From an uncultured Rhizobiaceae bacterium (GTDB taxonomy: Bacteria > Pseudomonadota > Alphaproteobacteria > Rhizobiales > Aestuariivirgaceae), in NCBI GenBank assembly GCA_964461545.1, contig CAYWVA010000001.1:1-43207 (forward strand): a stretch of DNA of 43,207 nt, in the 5' to 3' direction. The translations under genes were made by a program, and so were the position numbers. The notes below the pieces were generated by a model. That model made no database searches. It was not told where the DNA came from and saw only the letters and a program-made list of their open reading frames with translations. Below are positions 8,377 to 17,193 of this stretch, piece after piece; position 1 is the stretch's first letter; each line of letters opens with the position of its first letter.

Positions 8377-9344
8377 GGCTGGGCGCCAACACCGCCCCGG
8401 TGGCAAAGCGCGCGCTCAAGGCGTTGTTTTTTCCCGCTGTACTGGCCCTTGCCGGTTTTTTGATCTGGCGCATCACACGGCAGTACGGCCTTGACGAGGT
8501 GCTGGAGTCGGTCGGCGCCATCCCGGCGAACCGGCTGCTGCTGGCGTTCGGCTTCGCCGCCTTGAGCTATCTTTGCCTCACCGGCTTCGACTGGCTGGCG
8601 GTGCGCTACGTCGGCCGCCCGTTGCCCTGGCGCAAGACGGCCCTGGCATCGTTCAGCGCCCTGTCGATCGGACACAACATCGGCGTTGCGGCGCTGAGCA
8701 GCGGAGCCATCCGCTACCGCTTCTACTCGCGCTGGGGGCTGAGCGGCAGCGAGTGCATCAAGGTCATTCTGTTCTGCGGCCTGACGGTGGGCCTCGGGCT
8801 GATGATCCTCGGTGGAGTGGCGCTGTTGCTGAGCCCCGGGGTTGCCAGCGAATACACCCGGCTGCCGCGTTCGGTTGTGCTACTGGTTGGCGGAGTCTGT
8901 CTCGGAATTGCAGCGGCCTATCTGGTGCTGTCCATCTTCGACTGGCGCCCGGTTCGCGTTGGCAAGTATTCGGTTCAGGTCCCGCCGTTCCACCTGGCGC
9001 TCGGTCAGGCGATCATCGGCCCGCTGAACTTCGCCTTCGTTGCCGCCTGCCTTTATCAAGGCATCGCCGCGGTGCGCGATGTAAGCTACGTCGCGGTGGC
9101 TTCGAGCTATGTCATTGCCAACGTGATGGCGATGATCAGCCATGTGCCCGGCGGCCTCGGGGTGTTGGAGAGCGTCATGCTGTTTTTGATGGGCGGTGGC
9201 CCGGTAATCGGCGCCCTGCTGGTCTTTCGAGTGGTGTACTTTTTGGTACCGCTGGCGCTCGGCGGCAGCGCGTTCGTTGTCATCGAACTCGGACTGCTGC
9301 TGCGCTCCAGGCGCTCCAAGCCCGCCGATCATCGGCGAGGCTAA
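8373..9344 (+). CDS. Lysylphosphatidylglycerol-synthase-TM-region / YbhN-like (UPF0104) integral membrane protein
   Basis: 323-aa polytopic hydrophobic ORF. It overlaps the EEP stop by 4 nt (TTGA). A GTG at 8400 is an alternative start. Confidence 0.7.
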   Translation: MRLGANTAPVAKRALKALFFPAVLALAGFLIWRITRQYGLDEVLESVGAIPANRLLLAFGFAALSYLCLTGFDWLAVRYVGRPLPWRKTALASFSALSIGHNIGVAALSSGAIRYRFYSRWGLSGSECIKVILFCGLTVGLGLMILGGVALLLSPGVASEYTRLPRSVVLLVGGVCLGIAAAYLVLSIFDWRPVRVGKYSVQVPPFHLALGQAIIGPLNFAFVAACLYQGIAAVRDVSYVAVASSYVIANVMAMISHVPGGLGVLESVMLFLMGGGPVIGALLVFRVVYFLVPLALGGSAFVVIELGLLLRSRRSKPADHRRG

Positions 9345-10789
9345 TGGCCGGCGCCGATTGCCCGCCTGCGCTTCCGGCTCACAAACGACAATAGTTCGAA
9401 CGGCTTGGCCGGATCTATGATCCCGGTGCCCAGCACCAACCTGGTGGGGCCATCGCCGGGTTCGAAACGGCGCAAGGCCCTAGGATTGTGGTTGAGCGCC
9501 TCAATCGCGGCGATGAGCGATCCCTTGTCAGCTGTCGCCTCTGCAATCAATTCGGGGGCAACGTCGAGATGTTCTCCCACCAGACGCGATCTCACGCCTG
9601 CGATGGACTCACGCATGGCCTCATCGGTCGCCTCGATTGCTAAGTCGCACTCGCTATCAAGTCCCATGGACCGGTTGCTCATATTGCCCGAACCGACGCG
9701 CAGGAGATCGTCGTCGACGATCAAGAGCTTGGTATGAACTTTCACTTCGCAGTCGCCATCCAGCCCGGGCACGATTGGGAAAAGGAACCTGGCCCGGTGC
9801 GCCCCGGGGAGGCGACTGAGCCTGCGGATGATTCGGTTGCGGTTGGTGCCGAAGAAGTGGTGCTCAAAAAAACCGCGAGAGAACGGCGTGGTGAGTAACA
9901 CGATTTCCGGCCCAGCCCGTTGTGACAACCGATTGGCAAGCGCGTTGGCGACCAGGCTAGAAGATAGGTATTGAGTCTCGATATAGATGGTGTGTTCGGC
10001 CGCAGCGATCGCGTCAGCAACCAGGTTGGCGACTTCTCTGATCGGACAGACATTGCCCCAGGCCGGCATAGTGCGAGAAATGGCCACCGAGGTGTTCGTG
10101 AAGTCGGGCTTCAAATCGTCCGGCCAGCAGCACGATGGCTGCTCGACAGGGCGTAGCGTCTCGCCCAAGGCGTTTTCCCAGCGCCAACGCGCGAGTTCCC
10201 CAAGCGTCCGGGCCGCTTCGCCCTCTACCACCATCTGGGCGTCATGCACCGGCTCATAGCTGGTCCCGTCCGGGGCGGCGCGACAGGCGTGTTCTTCCTT
10301 GTGCGTCGAGGCGTCCCAGCGCCGGATCGTCAGGTCGATGCCCCCGGCGAAGGCAATGGAATCGTCGACAACCACGATCTTCTGATGGTGGCTGGCATAG
10401 ATCGGATGTCGGGTGTCGAGGTGCAGGTGAATGCGCGGATGCTGCTGCCAAGCGTCGCCAACCAGCAGCGCCATGGAGTCGCCGGGCGCATGAATGACGG
10501 CGTTGCTCCATACCAGGATGCGGACTTCAAGCTCCGGCCGTTCCTCCACCAGAGCGCGCAGGAACGGCCCCAGCGGCCTTGCCTGTTCCGGCCCGCGATC
10601 CGGGCAGAGCTCGATCCTGCCATCGAAATCCCACCCGAGAATCATGATGGAGCGCTGGGCCCTCAGCAGGGCGACTTGCAGATGGCGGAAATAATCGGCC
10701 GCATCGATCAGGACTGCGGCGCGTTCAGCCTCGGCCAAGCGCCAGCAGTTACGGCCGGGCTTCAAGATGCGCCAGTCGTGTGCTGCCAT
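9341..10789 (-). CDS. Phospholipase D / cardiolipin-synthase-like protein (two HKD motifs)
   Basis: The HKD motifs are HHQKIVVVDDSIAFAGGIDL and HTKLLIVDDDLLRVGSGNMSNRS. The start is uncertain: ATG at 10789, 10867 or 10918. Its stop overlaps the convergent YbhN-like stop by 4 nt. Confidence 0.85.
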   Translation of the reverse strand: MAAHDWRILKPGRNCWRLAEAERAAVLIDAADYFRHLQVALLRAQRSIMILGWDFDGRIELCPDRGPEQARPLGPFLRALVEERPELEVRILVWSNAVIHAPGDSMALLVGDAWQQHPRIHLHLDTRHPIYASHHQKIVVVDDSIAFAGGIDLTIRRWDASTHKEEHACRAAPDGTSYEPVHDAQMVVEGEAARTLGELARWRWENALGETLRPVEQPSCCWPDDLKPDFTNTSVAISRTMPAWGNVCPIREVANLVADAIAAAEHTIYIETQYLSSSLVANALANRLSQRAGPEIVLLTTPFSRGFFEHHFFGTNRNRIIRRLSRLPGAHRARFLFPIVPGLDGDCEVKVHTKLLIVDDDLLRVGSGNMSNRSMGLDSECDLAIEATDEAMRESIAGVRSRLVGEHLDVAPELIAEATADKGSLIAAIEALNHNPRALRRFEPGDGPTRLVLGTGIIDPAKPFELLSFVSRKRRRAIGAGH

Positions 10790-10973
10790 ATGCGCGGGTC
10801 CAACATTCGGGGCACTCTGGGCGGCCTGGCTTTTCCTGGCCGTTGTTTGGACCGGTAGTGGAGGCATGCAAACGATCGGACACTGGGGTTGGGAGATGGG
10901 GACAACACACCGTGCCACAACGACGTAGTGTCCCCAGGGTTCCCCCTCGGGAGCCTGGCTGCACCGACACGGG

Positions 10974-11891
10974 CTACTGGCGCGCGCTGCGGCGCAACAC
11001 TTCGACGGTGCCCGCCGCCAGGATGAGAATCGAACCCAGCCCCTCGCGCAGGCCGAAAGGCTCCCCCGAGAACACCGCCGCCGAAGCAGTGCCGACGACG
11101 CATTCGGTCATCAGCAAAAGTCCGACGCGACCGGGATTGACGCGCTGCGTGCCCCACAGGATGAGCATGTTGGTCGGCACGAAGGCAAGCAGCGCGAGCA
11201 ACACGATGAACGGCATCATGGCGCCCGTGGCTGCGGCGGTCGGAACCGCTCCGAGCCCAAGCTGGGGAAGCACAAGTATGATCACGCACGAGACCAGCCC
11301 ACCGATGGCAAATGCGAGGACGGTCTCGGGAATCCGGGCAGCACCGCGGGCGTACAGGCGGATGGTGCCCCAGGCCCACGCCAGGCCGGCGGAAAGTGCC
11401 ATCCAGTCGCCGACATTGCGCGGCAATGGAATCGCCCCGCGGTAGTCCAGCACCACTAACAGCCCAGCAATACCCAGCGCCAACGCCAGGAGCCGGTTGC
11501 GCGTGACGGCATGGCCCATGAACACAAAGCCGAGGGCGGTGCTCCACACCGGGGTGAGATAGAACAGCAGCAGGGCACGGATCACCTCGGTATGGACGAG
11601 GCTCACGCAATAAAGAGTAAAGGCGGTCCCGGTCAGCATCCCCGACACGATAAGGTCGGTATCCTGCATGGCACGACGGGGTGCGGCCCGGGCGACGAAA
11701 GGCACCGTGGCAAGCACGGTGACGGCAAACAACACCAGCGCGACCCAGGCGGCATTGACGCCCTGATCGTCGAAGTATCGCAGCGGCATCCAGAACAGCC
11801 CCCACAGCGCGCCACTGACTGCTATGGCGAGGCTGGGCAGGAGCTGGTTGGGACGATGATCGAAGGCTATGGACGGCTGGCTGTCGGACAT
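10974..11891 (-). CDS. DMT-superfamily (EamA-like) transporter
   Basis: About 10 hydrophobic helices with two EamA-like halves. The start was set at the ATG at 11891 (MSDSQPSIAF...), because the upstream part of the track ORF is Arg/Gly-rich and not protein-like. Confidence 0.8.
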   Translation of the reverse strand: MSDSQPSIAFDHRPNQLLPSLAIAVSGALWGLFWMPLRYFDDQGVNAAWVALVLFAVTVLATVPFVARAAPRRAMQDTDLIVSGMLTGTAFTLYCVSLVHTEVIRALLLFYLTPVWSTALGFVFMGHAVTRNRLLALALGIAGLLVVLDYRGAIPLPRNVGDWMALSAGLAWAWGTIRLYARGAARIPETVLAFAIGGLVSCVIILVLPQLGLGAVPTAAATGAMMPFIVLLALLAFVPTNMLILWGTQRVNPGRVGLLLMTECVVGTASAAVFSGEPFGLREGLGSILILAAGTVEVLRRSARQ

Positions 11892-12007
11892 GCTCAAACA
11901 ACGCGCGCGCCAGGCTCTCGTCTGTCGGGCGCGCGTAAGGAACGGTGGGACGCCACCCGTACCGGGAGATCGAGCCGCTGACAAGCGCCCAACGACCGAG
12001 TTGCCGA

Positions 12008-13279
12008 ATGATCCCAGCCGAGCCCCGCACGTTCCTCGAATCGCTGTTTCGCGAGGCGATCGCCGCAGCTGATCCAAGACTGTGCGTTCCGCCACACCTG
12101 CCCCATCCACCTCGCGGCCGCACCATCGTGGTCGGCGCCGGCAAAGCCAGCGCTGCCATGGCAGGGGCTGTGGAGGCGCACTGGCCGGGTGAGCTGACGG
12201 GCCTTGTCATCACCCGCTACGGCCATGGGGTGGCGTGCGAGCGCATCGAGATCGTCGAGGCGGCCCACCCGGTGCCCGATGCCGCAGGGCTGCGCGCCGC
12301 CCAGCGTATCGCAGAGCTGGTGCGGGGCCTCAGTTGTGAGGACCTCGTGATCTGCCTCGTCTCGGGCGGCGGCTCGGCGCTTTTGACGGCGCCTGCCGCC
12401 GACCTCAGCCTCGAAGACAAGCGGGAGGTCAACCGGCAGCTTCTCGCGTCCGGCGCGCCAATCTCGGAGATGAACTGCTTACGCAAGCATCTTTCCAGCC
12501 TCAAGGGCGGCCGGCTCGCTGCCGCCGCCTATCCGGCGCGCGTGGTTTCGCTAATCATCTCCGATGTGCCGGGCGACGACCCTTCGGTTGTCGCCTCCGG
12601 ACCGACGGCAGCGGACCCGACGACCCGAGAGGATGCGCTTGCCATCGTCAAGAACCGCAACCTCAAACTGCCTGACGGCGTGCTGCATTTTCTCGGCAGC
12701 GCCGAGTCCGAAACGCCCAAGCCCGGCGATGAGCGGCTGGCCCGGGTTGAGAACCGGATGATCGCCACGCCGGCCCAATCGCTTGCCGCCGCCGGACGCC
12801 TGGCCCACCAAGCCGGCTATGAGGTGCTCGGTCTTGGCGACCGGGTGGAAGGGGAGGCCCGCGATGTTGCCGGCGAGCATGCCAAACTGGCGCTGGAGCT
12901 CGCCGCCGGTCGCCAAGCCGCGAAGCCGCCGGCGGTCATCTTGTCGGGCGGCGAGACCACGGTCACGATCCGCGGGCGGGGGCGCGGCGGGCGCAATGCG
13001 GAATACGCGCTGGCGCTGGCCTTGGCGCTCGATGAGCACCCGCGCATCTGGGCTGTCGCTGGCGACACTGATGGCATCGACGGCTCGGAGGACAATGCCG
13101 GCGCGCTGATTGCCCCCGACACACTGTCACGCGCCCGTGCCGCCCGGCTCGATGGCACGGCACGACTCACCGACAACGATGCCTATGGCTTCTTTAGCGT
13201 CCTCGGCGACCTCGTCGTCACCGGTCCGACACTAACCAACGTCAATGACTTCCGTGCCATCCTGATCGACGCCCAATGA
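12008..13279 (+). CDS. Glycerate kinase / hydroxypyruvate-reductase-like (DUF4147 + MOFRL type)
   Basis: ...PRGRTIVVGAGKASAAMA...VSGGGSALL...LKGGRLA...ISDVPGDDPSVVASGPT...ILSGGETTVT...GRGGRN is the characteristic layout of the family. The start was chosen at ATG 12008. Confidence 0.8.
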   Translation: MIPAEPRTFLESLFREAIAAADPRLCVPPHLPHPPRGRTIVVGAGKASAAMAGAVEAHWPGELTGLVITRYGHGVACERIEIVEAAHPVPDAAGLRAAQRIAELVRGLSCEDLVICLVSGGGSALLTAPAADLSLEDKREVNRQLLASGAPISEMNCLRKHLSSLKGGRLAAAAYPARVVSLIISDVPGDDPSVVASGPTAADPTTREDALAIVKNRNLKLPDGVLHFLGSAESETPKPGDERLARVENRMIATPAQSLAAAGRLAHQAGYEVLGLGDRVEGEARDVAGEHAKLALELAAGRQAAKPPAVILSGGETTVTIRGRGRGGRNAEYALALALALDEHPRIWAVAGDTDGIDGSEDNAGALIAPDTLSRARAARLDGTARLTDNDAYGFFSVLGDLVVTGPTLTNVNDFRAILIDAQ

Positions 13280-13282
13280 AAC

Positions 13283-14191
13283 TCAGCGCATCCCTAAAGC
13301 CTGGATCACATCGGCGATGGCCTGCGGCGACTGCCCCGGCGCCATGAGATGCACCCCGGCCACGCCATCGATGGTGCTGAGCCCGGCGATCAGTTCGACA
13401 CAGATGGCCAGGCCCTCGGCCCTTTCGTCGCCTGCCATGTCGAGCCGCTCGATGACCGATTCGGGAATCGAGACCCCGAACAGGTTGTCGCGCATGAACC
13501 GCGCCTGCTTGGCCGACAGCAACAGGCCGATGCCCACGAGGAGGCCGAGTTGTTCAGTAATTCCGGCATGCTTGAGCCGGGCGAAGTAGCGCCGGACCAG
13601 GTCGAGGTCAAAGCAGAACTGCATCTGTGCGAAGCGGGCGCCGGCGGTAATCTTGGCTTCAAGCCCGGTTGGAATCCAGTCGGCCGGCGGATCGAGCGGT
13701 GTATCGGCACAGCCGATGAAGAACCGGGGCGGCGGCTCGATCAGCCGGCCCGAAGGCAGGGTTCCCGCCTCGCTCATTTTGCAGGCGAGTGCCATGAGTT
13801 CGCGCGAGTTGAGGTCGTAGACGGGCTTGGCGTCGGGCATATCGCCGGTGGCGGGATCGTCACCATGCAGGATAAGCAGGTTCTCGATGCCTTGTGCCGC
13901 AGCGCCTAGGAGCTCGCTTGCAAGGGCGATGCGATTGCGGTCGCGGCAGGTGATCTGCAGCACCGGCTCGATGCCTTGGCGTGCCAGGATGGCGGCGGCG
14001 GCAAAGCTCGACATGGTCGTCCGGGCGCCCGGCGCATCGGTGACGTTGACGGCATCGACGAGACCGGCGAGCGGCTCGACGCGGGCCAGCAGCACGTCTG
14101 CAGACGCCGACAGCGGCGGGGTCACTTCGGCGGTGATGACGAACTTTCCGCCGGCAAGCTTATCGCGCAAGGTCACGCTTTTCTCCGTCAC
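13283..14191 (-). CDS. Methylenetetrahydrofolate reductase (short MetF-like form)
   Basis: 302-aa ORF with a GTG start. FVITAEVTPP...VNVTD...ITCRDRNR...ILHGDDP resembles the MTHFR TIM barrel. Confidence 0.75.
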   Translation of the reverse strand: MTEKSVTLRDKLAGGKFVITAEVTPPLSASADVLLARVEPLAGLVDAVNVTDAPGARTTMSSFAAAAILARQGIEPVLQITCRDRNRIALASELLGAAAQGIENLLILHGDDPATGDMPDAKPVYDLNSRELMALACKMSEAGTLPSGRLIEPPPRFFIGCADTPLDPPADWIPTGLEAKITAGARFAQMQFCFDLDLVRRYFARLKHAGITEQLGLLVGIGLLLSAKQARFMRDNLFGVSIPESVIERLDMAGDERAEGLAICVELIAGLSTIDGVAGVHLMAPGQSPQAIADVIQALGMR

Positions 14192-14416
14192 CCCAACGCA
14201 GGCTGGGATCCATTACGGCCACGCCGCTCGCAAAACCGCCCTATTGGATGCCAGCCTTCGCTGTTCTAGCACCCCCGCAATTGCGGGCACCCCCTTGCGG
14301 GCTGACCGCCTTCAAATTCGGCTATTCCTGCGCAACATCGCGGGCTTGCGTCCACGGTACACTGAGAATTCACCATAGGGTACATAAGAGTGAGCTTGCC
14401 CTCCACTGCAAGCATG

Positions 14417-14521
14417 GTACTCGATGACACGCGGTTCGATGCCGGTCTGTCGAATCAGGCCCAGGGTGTTGCGCGAAGTTCCGCAGCCGGGATTGCGATA
14501 GATGACGACGTCCTGGATGTT
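14417..14521 (-). pseudogene. Arsenate reductase (ArsC, glutaredoxin type) N-terminal stub
   Basis: The minus strand reads NIQDVVIYRNPGCGTSRNTLGLIRQTGIEPRVIEY, matching the ArsC N-terminus (compare E. coli NITIYHNPACGTSRNTLEMIRNSGTEP). A TAG lies immediately upstream with no start codon, and similarity is lost after about 35 codons. Confidence 0.6.
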
Positions 14522-14627
14522 CTACCGGCAGCAATTCTCGGTCAGCTAGGTGGCGAGGCTCCCCCATTGTCGTGAAGTCGGAGATCAAGGAGCGCCCCCA
14601 GTGCGTGTTGGGCATCAGCGCCGCGCA

Positions 14628-15434
14628 CTACAGCGACGCCCTACGGGCGGCCTCGAAGCTGGCGCAATAGCGCAAGAGCCGCTCTCGGTCGCTTCGGGCA
14701 TTCAAGAGAGGCTTACCCTTGCCGGTCACCAGAACCATGTCATCGCCAATCTCATCAAGGGCGGCTGCCGCATCAGTTCCAGAGGGTATGACCACTCCGT
14801 TATAGCGCACATAGGGATGACTCGGCGCACGTTACGTGCGGCATTCGCGCTGCCAGTCGGGCAAACTCCTCAGTCGATGCCACATTGCAAGGTAGGGACA
14901 GCGTCCTGAGGCGCCTCAGCTTACCAAGCGGTGCTAGGCTTCCATTCCGGATGCGGATGGAGACACATCGCAACTCTTCCAGCGCTTCGAGCTCGGCCAG
15001 CGGTTCCAGGCTCGCCACAGAAAGGGTTGACCACATACCCCCGACAATCTGCAGTGAGCGCAACTTCTTCAATTGTGAAATCGGTCCGAGATCGCGCACC
15101 CGTTTCAAGTCAACCAGCGAGAGCACTTCGAGCTCTGGCAAGCACCTGAGGAAACCCAGGGTATCGATCTTAGTGTTCCAGTCGATGGCGAGGCAACGGA
15201 CCTTGTTCAGTGGCTCGAAAATCTGGTCGAGCTCGGCAGTTTGGCAGCCCTCCATCGCTGGCCGAGGAACTCGAACCGCTTCGTGCCCCCCTTAGCTACT
15301 ACCGTATCGAGCACATGGAGCCGCTCGGCCCACACACGCTCACCGATCGCCGCCGACTGCAAGATTGCCGTCGAAAACAACAGCGATGGCGGGGGCGGGA
15401 GGTCCAGGCGAAACGTCCTGTTAAATGACCGCAC
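14628..15434 (-). pseudogene. Leucine-rich-repeat protein gene broken into three frames (probable pseudogene, or two sequencing indels)
   Basis: Three consecutive minus-strand ORFs (15434-15207, 15255-14800, 14810-14628) overlap end to start in different frames. The middle one has clear LRRs (LEVLSLVDLKRVRDLGPISQLKKLRSLQIVG...LEELRCVSI...LRRLRTLSL). A G7 homopolymer at about 15290 lies near the first frame change. G+C is visibly lower than in the flanks. Confidence 0.5.
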
Positions 15435-15463
15435 CAGCTTTGGATGTCCACTTCCGCAGCAAG

Positions 15464-16282
15464 TTAGCGATCCGATTTGCCCAGTACCAGAGTCAAGGTC
15501 AACAGCAGAGAAGTGATTACGATCATCACGGTCGAAATGGCGGCAATCGTTGGATCGATCTGGTCACGCAAGGCAAGGAACATGTTGCGTGTCAGCGTCG
15601 AGTTCTGACCCCCGGAGATGAACAGCGCCACGATGACTTCATCGAAGGAGGTGAGAAAGGCGAGCAGCGCCGAGGTGATCACTGCGAAGCGGATCTGCGG
15701 CAGGGTGATCACCAGAAAGGCGCGCGGCCGCGACGCGCCGAGGCTGCGGGCCACCATCTCCTGGCTCATGTCATAGCTCTTGAGAGCCGAGGTGATGATC
15801 AGCACCACCAGGGGGATTGCCAGCATGGAGTGGGCAAACACCAGTCCCGGCAGCGTGTTGAGCAGTCCGACCCGGACATAGGCGTAGAAGATACCTATGC
15901 CGACCAAGATAAGCGGCACGATGATCGGGGTGACCAGCAGCATCATCACCGCCCCGACCCAGCGGATTCGGGAGACGAACAGGCCATACGCCGCCAGGGT
16001 GCCGAGCGGGGTAGCGAGCAACATAGTGAACAAGCCGGCCCTGAGCGACGTCCAGGTCGCCTGCATCCATTCGAGCGAACCGAAATAGCTCATGTACCAT
16101 CTCAGCGACCACTCGCGCGGCGGGAACTCCAGGTACTGTGAGGCGGAAAACGACATCGGGACGACGATGAGCGAGGGCACGACAAGAAACACCATGACCA
16201 GGCCGGCCACGACATAAAGCCACAGCCGCGCACCGTGGGTAATCTGGGTGTCAGTCGCCGGGCGCCGGCTCCAGCCGATCAT
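15464..16282 (-). CDS. ABC transporter permease (PotC-like)
   Basis: The start ATG at 16282 overlaps the upstream stop (ATGA). It has six TM segments and the EAA-type loop SQEMVARSLGASRPRAFLVITLP. The longer track ORF is an artefactual extension. Confidence 0.9.
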   Translation of the reverse strand: MIGWSRRPATDTQITHGARLWLYVVAGLVMVFLVVPSLIVVPMSFSASQYLEFPPREWSLRWYMSYFGSLEWMQATWTSLRAGLFTMLLATPLGTLAAYGLFVSRIRWVGAVMMLLVTPIIVPLILVGIGIFYAYVRVGLLNTLPGLVFAHSMLAIPLVVLIITSALKSYDMSQEMVARSLGASRPRAFLVITLPQIRFAVITSALLAFLTSFDEVIVALFISGGQNSTLTRNMFLALRDQIDPTIAAISTVMIVITSLLLTLTLVLGKSDR

Positions 16283-17193
16283 CGTGACCCCCCGCCAAGC
16301 ACCCGCTCCAACTTCACCACGCGCGAGGCGGCGAACAGGAAGGCCCCGGTCGCGGCCAGCAGCACCACACCGAGGGCGCTGGCCGCACCCCAGTTGAAGA
16401 ACAGCTCGATGTCGGTGGCAATACGCATCGACACCATAATAACCCGGCCACCACCGAGGATGGCTGGGGTGACGTAGAATCCGAGGCAGAGAATGAACAC
16501 GATGGTGGCGCCGGCTAACAGCCCAGGCAGCGACAGCGGCAGGAAAACCAGCCAAAACGCCCGTGTCGGGGTAGCGCCAAGATTGGCTGCCGCCTTGACG
16601 TAGTCCGGATCGATGGCGCGCATCGAACCATAGAGCGGCAGCACCAGAAACGGCAGCATGATGTGTACCATGCCGATCAGCGTGCCGGACAGGTTGTGCA
16701 CCAGCGACAGCGGCTCCTGCCACAGACCGAGATCCATGCCCCAGCTATTGATCAGCCCCTGGCGCTGGAGCAGGACCAGCCAGGCATAAGTGCGCACGAG
16801 AAGCGACGTCCAGAACGGTAAGAGCACCGCGATGAGGCAGAGGCCAGCAGCCCGCCGGGGGAGCTGCGACAGGACATAGGCCAGCGGATAGCCGAGCAGG
16901 ATGCAGATGCCGGTGGTGATCAGGCTGACCTCGAAGGTGGTTCGGAAGATTCGCACATAGGAGGCCTGGGCGACGAGGCGGCGATAATGCTCGAGGCTGA
17001 AGCTGGCGTCGTCGCCGAGAAATGACAGCCAGAACAACCAGCCGACTGGGACGATCATCGTCGCGAAAACAAGAATCAGGGCCGGCAGTGAGAGGCCGAA
17101 CAGCATCCATCGCTCGCGGAGGTGGTCGCGGCGCAGATCACGGGGCGAGACGAGCTGGCCGAGGGCAGGCGATGATACCGGAACGGCGGTCAC
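16279..17193 (-). CDS. ABC transporter permease (PotB-like)
   Basis: The GTG at 17193 overlaps the ATPase stop (GTGA). The EAA loop is DYVKAAANLGATPTRAFWLVFLP. Confidence 0.85.
   Translation of the reverse strand: MTAVPVSSPALGQLVSPRDLRRDHLRERWMLFGLSLPALILVFATMIVPVGWLFWLSFLGDDASFSLEHYRRLVAQASYVRIFRTTFEVSLITTGICILLGYPLAYVLSQLPRRAAGLCLIAVLLPFWTSLLVRTYAWLVLLQRQGLINSWGMDLGLWQEPLSLVHNLSGTLIGMVHIMLPFLVLPLYGSMRAIDPDYVKAAANLGATPTRAFWLVFLPLSLPGLLAGATIVFILCLGFYVTPAILGGGRVIMVSMRIATDIELFFNWGAASALGVVLLAATGAFLFAASRVVKLERVLGGGSR

Noticed and set aside
10762-12213. 483-aa minus-strand ORF, and similar long shadow ORFs (5240-6130 +, 2654-3490 -, 23171-24076 -, 37867-38871 +, 15425-16141 +)
   Set aside because: All overlap domain-bearing genes in another frame or strand. 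They are Arg/Pro/Gly-rich and cross real gene boundaries, which marks them as high-GC open-frame artefacts.
14433-14443. tRNA-like T-loop sequence GGTTCGATGCC
   Set aside because: No acceptor, D or anticodon arms can be drawn around it. It is simply the antisense of the ArsC-stub codons (GIEPR).
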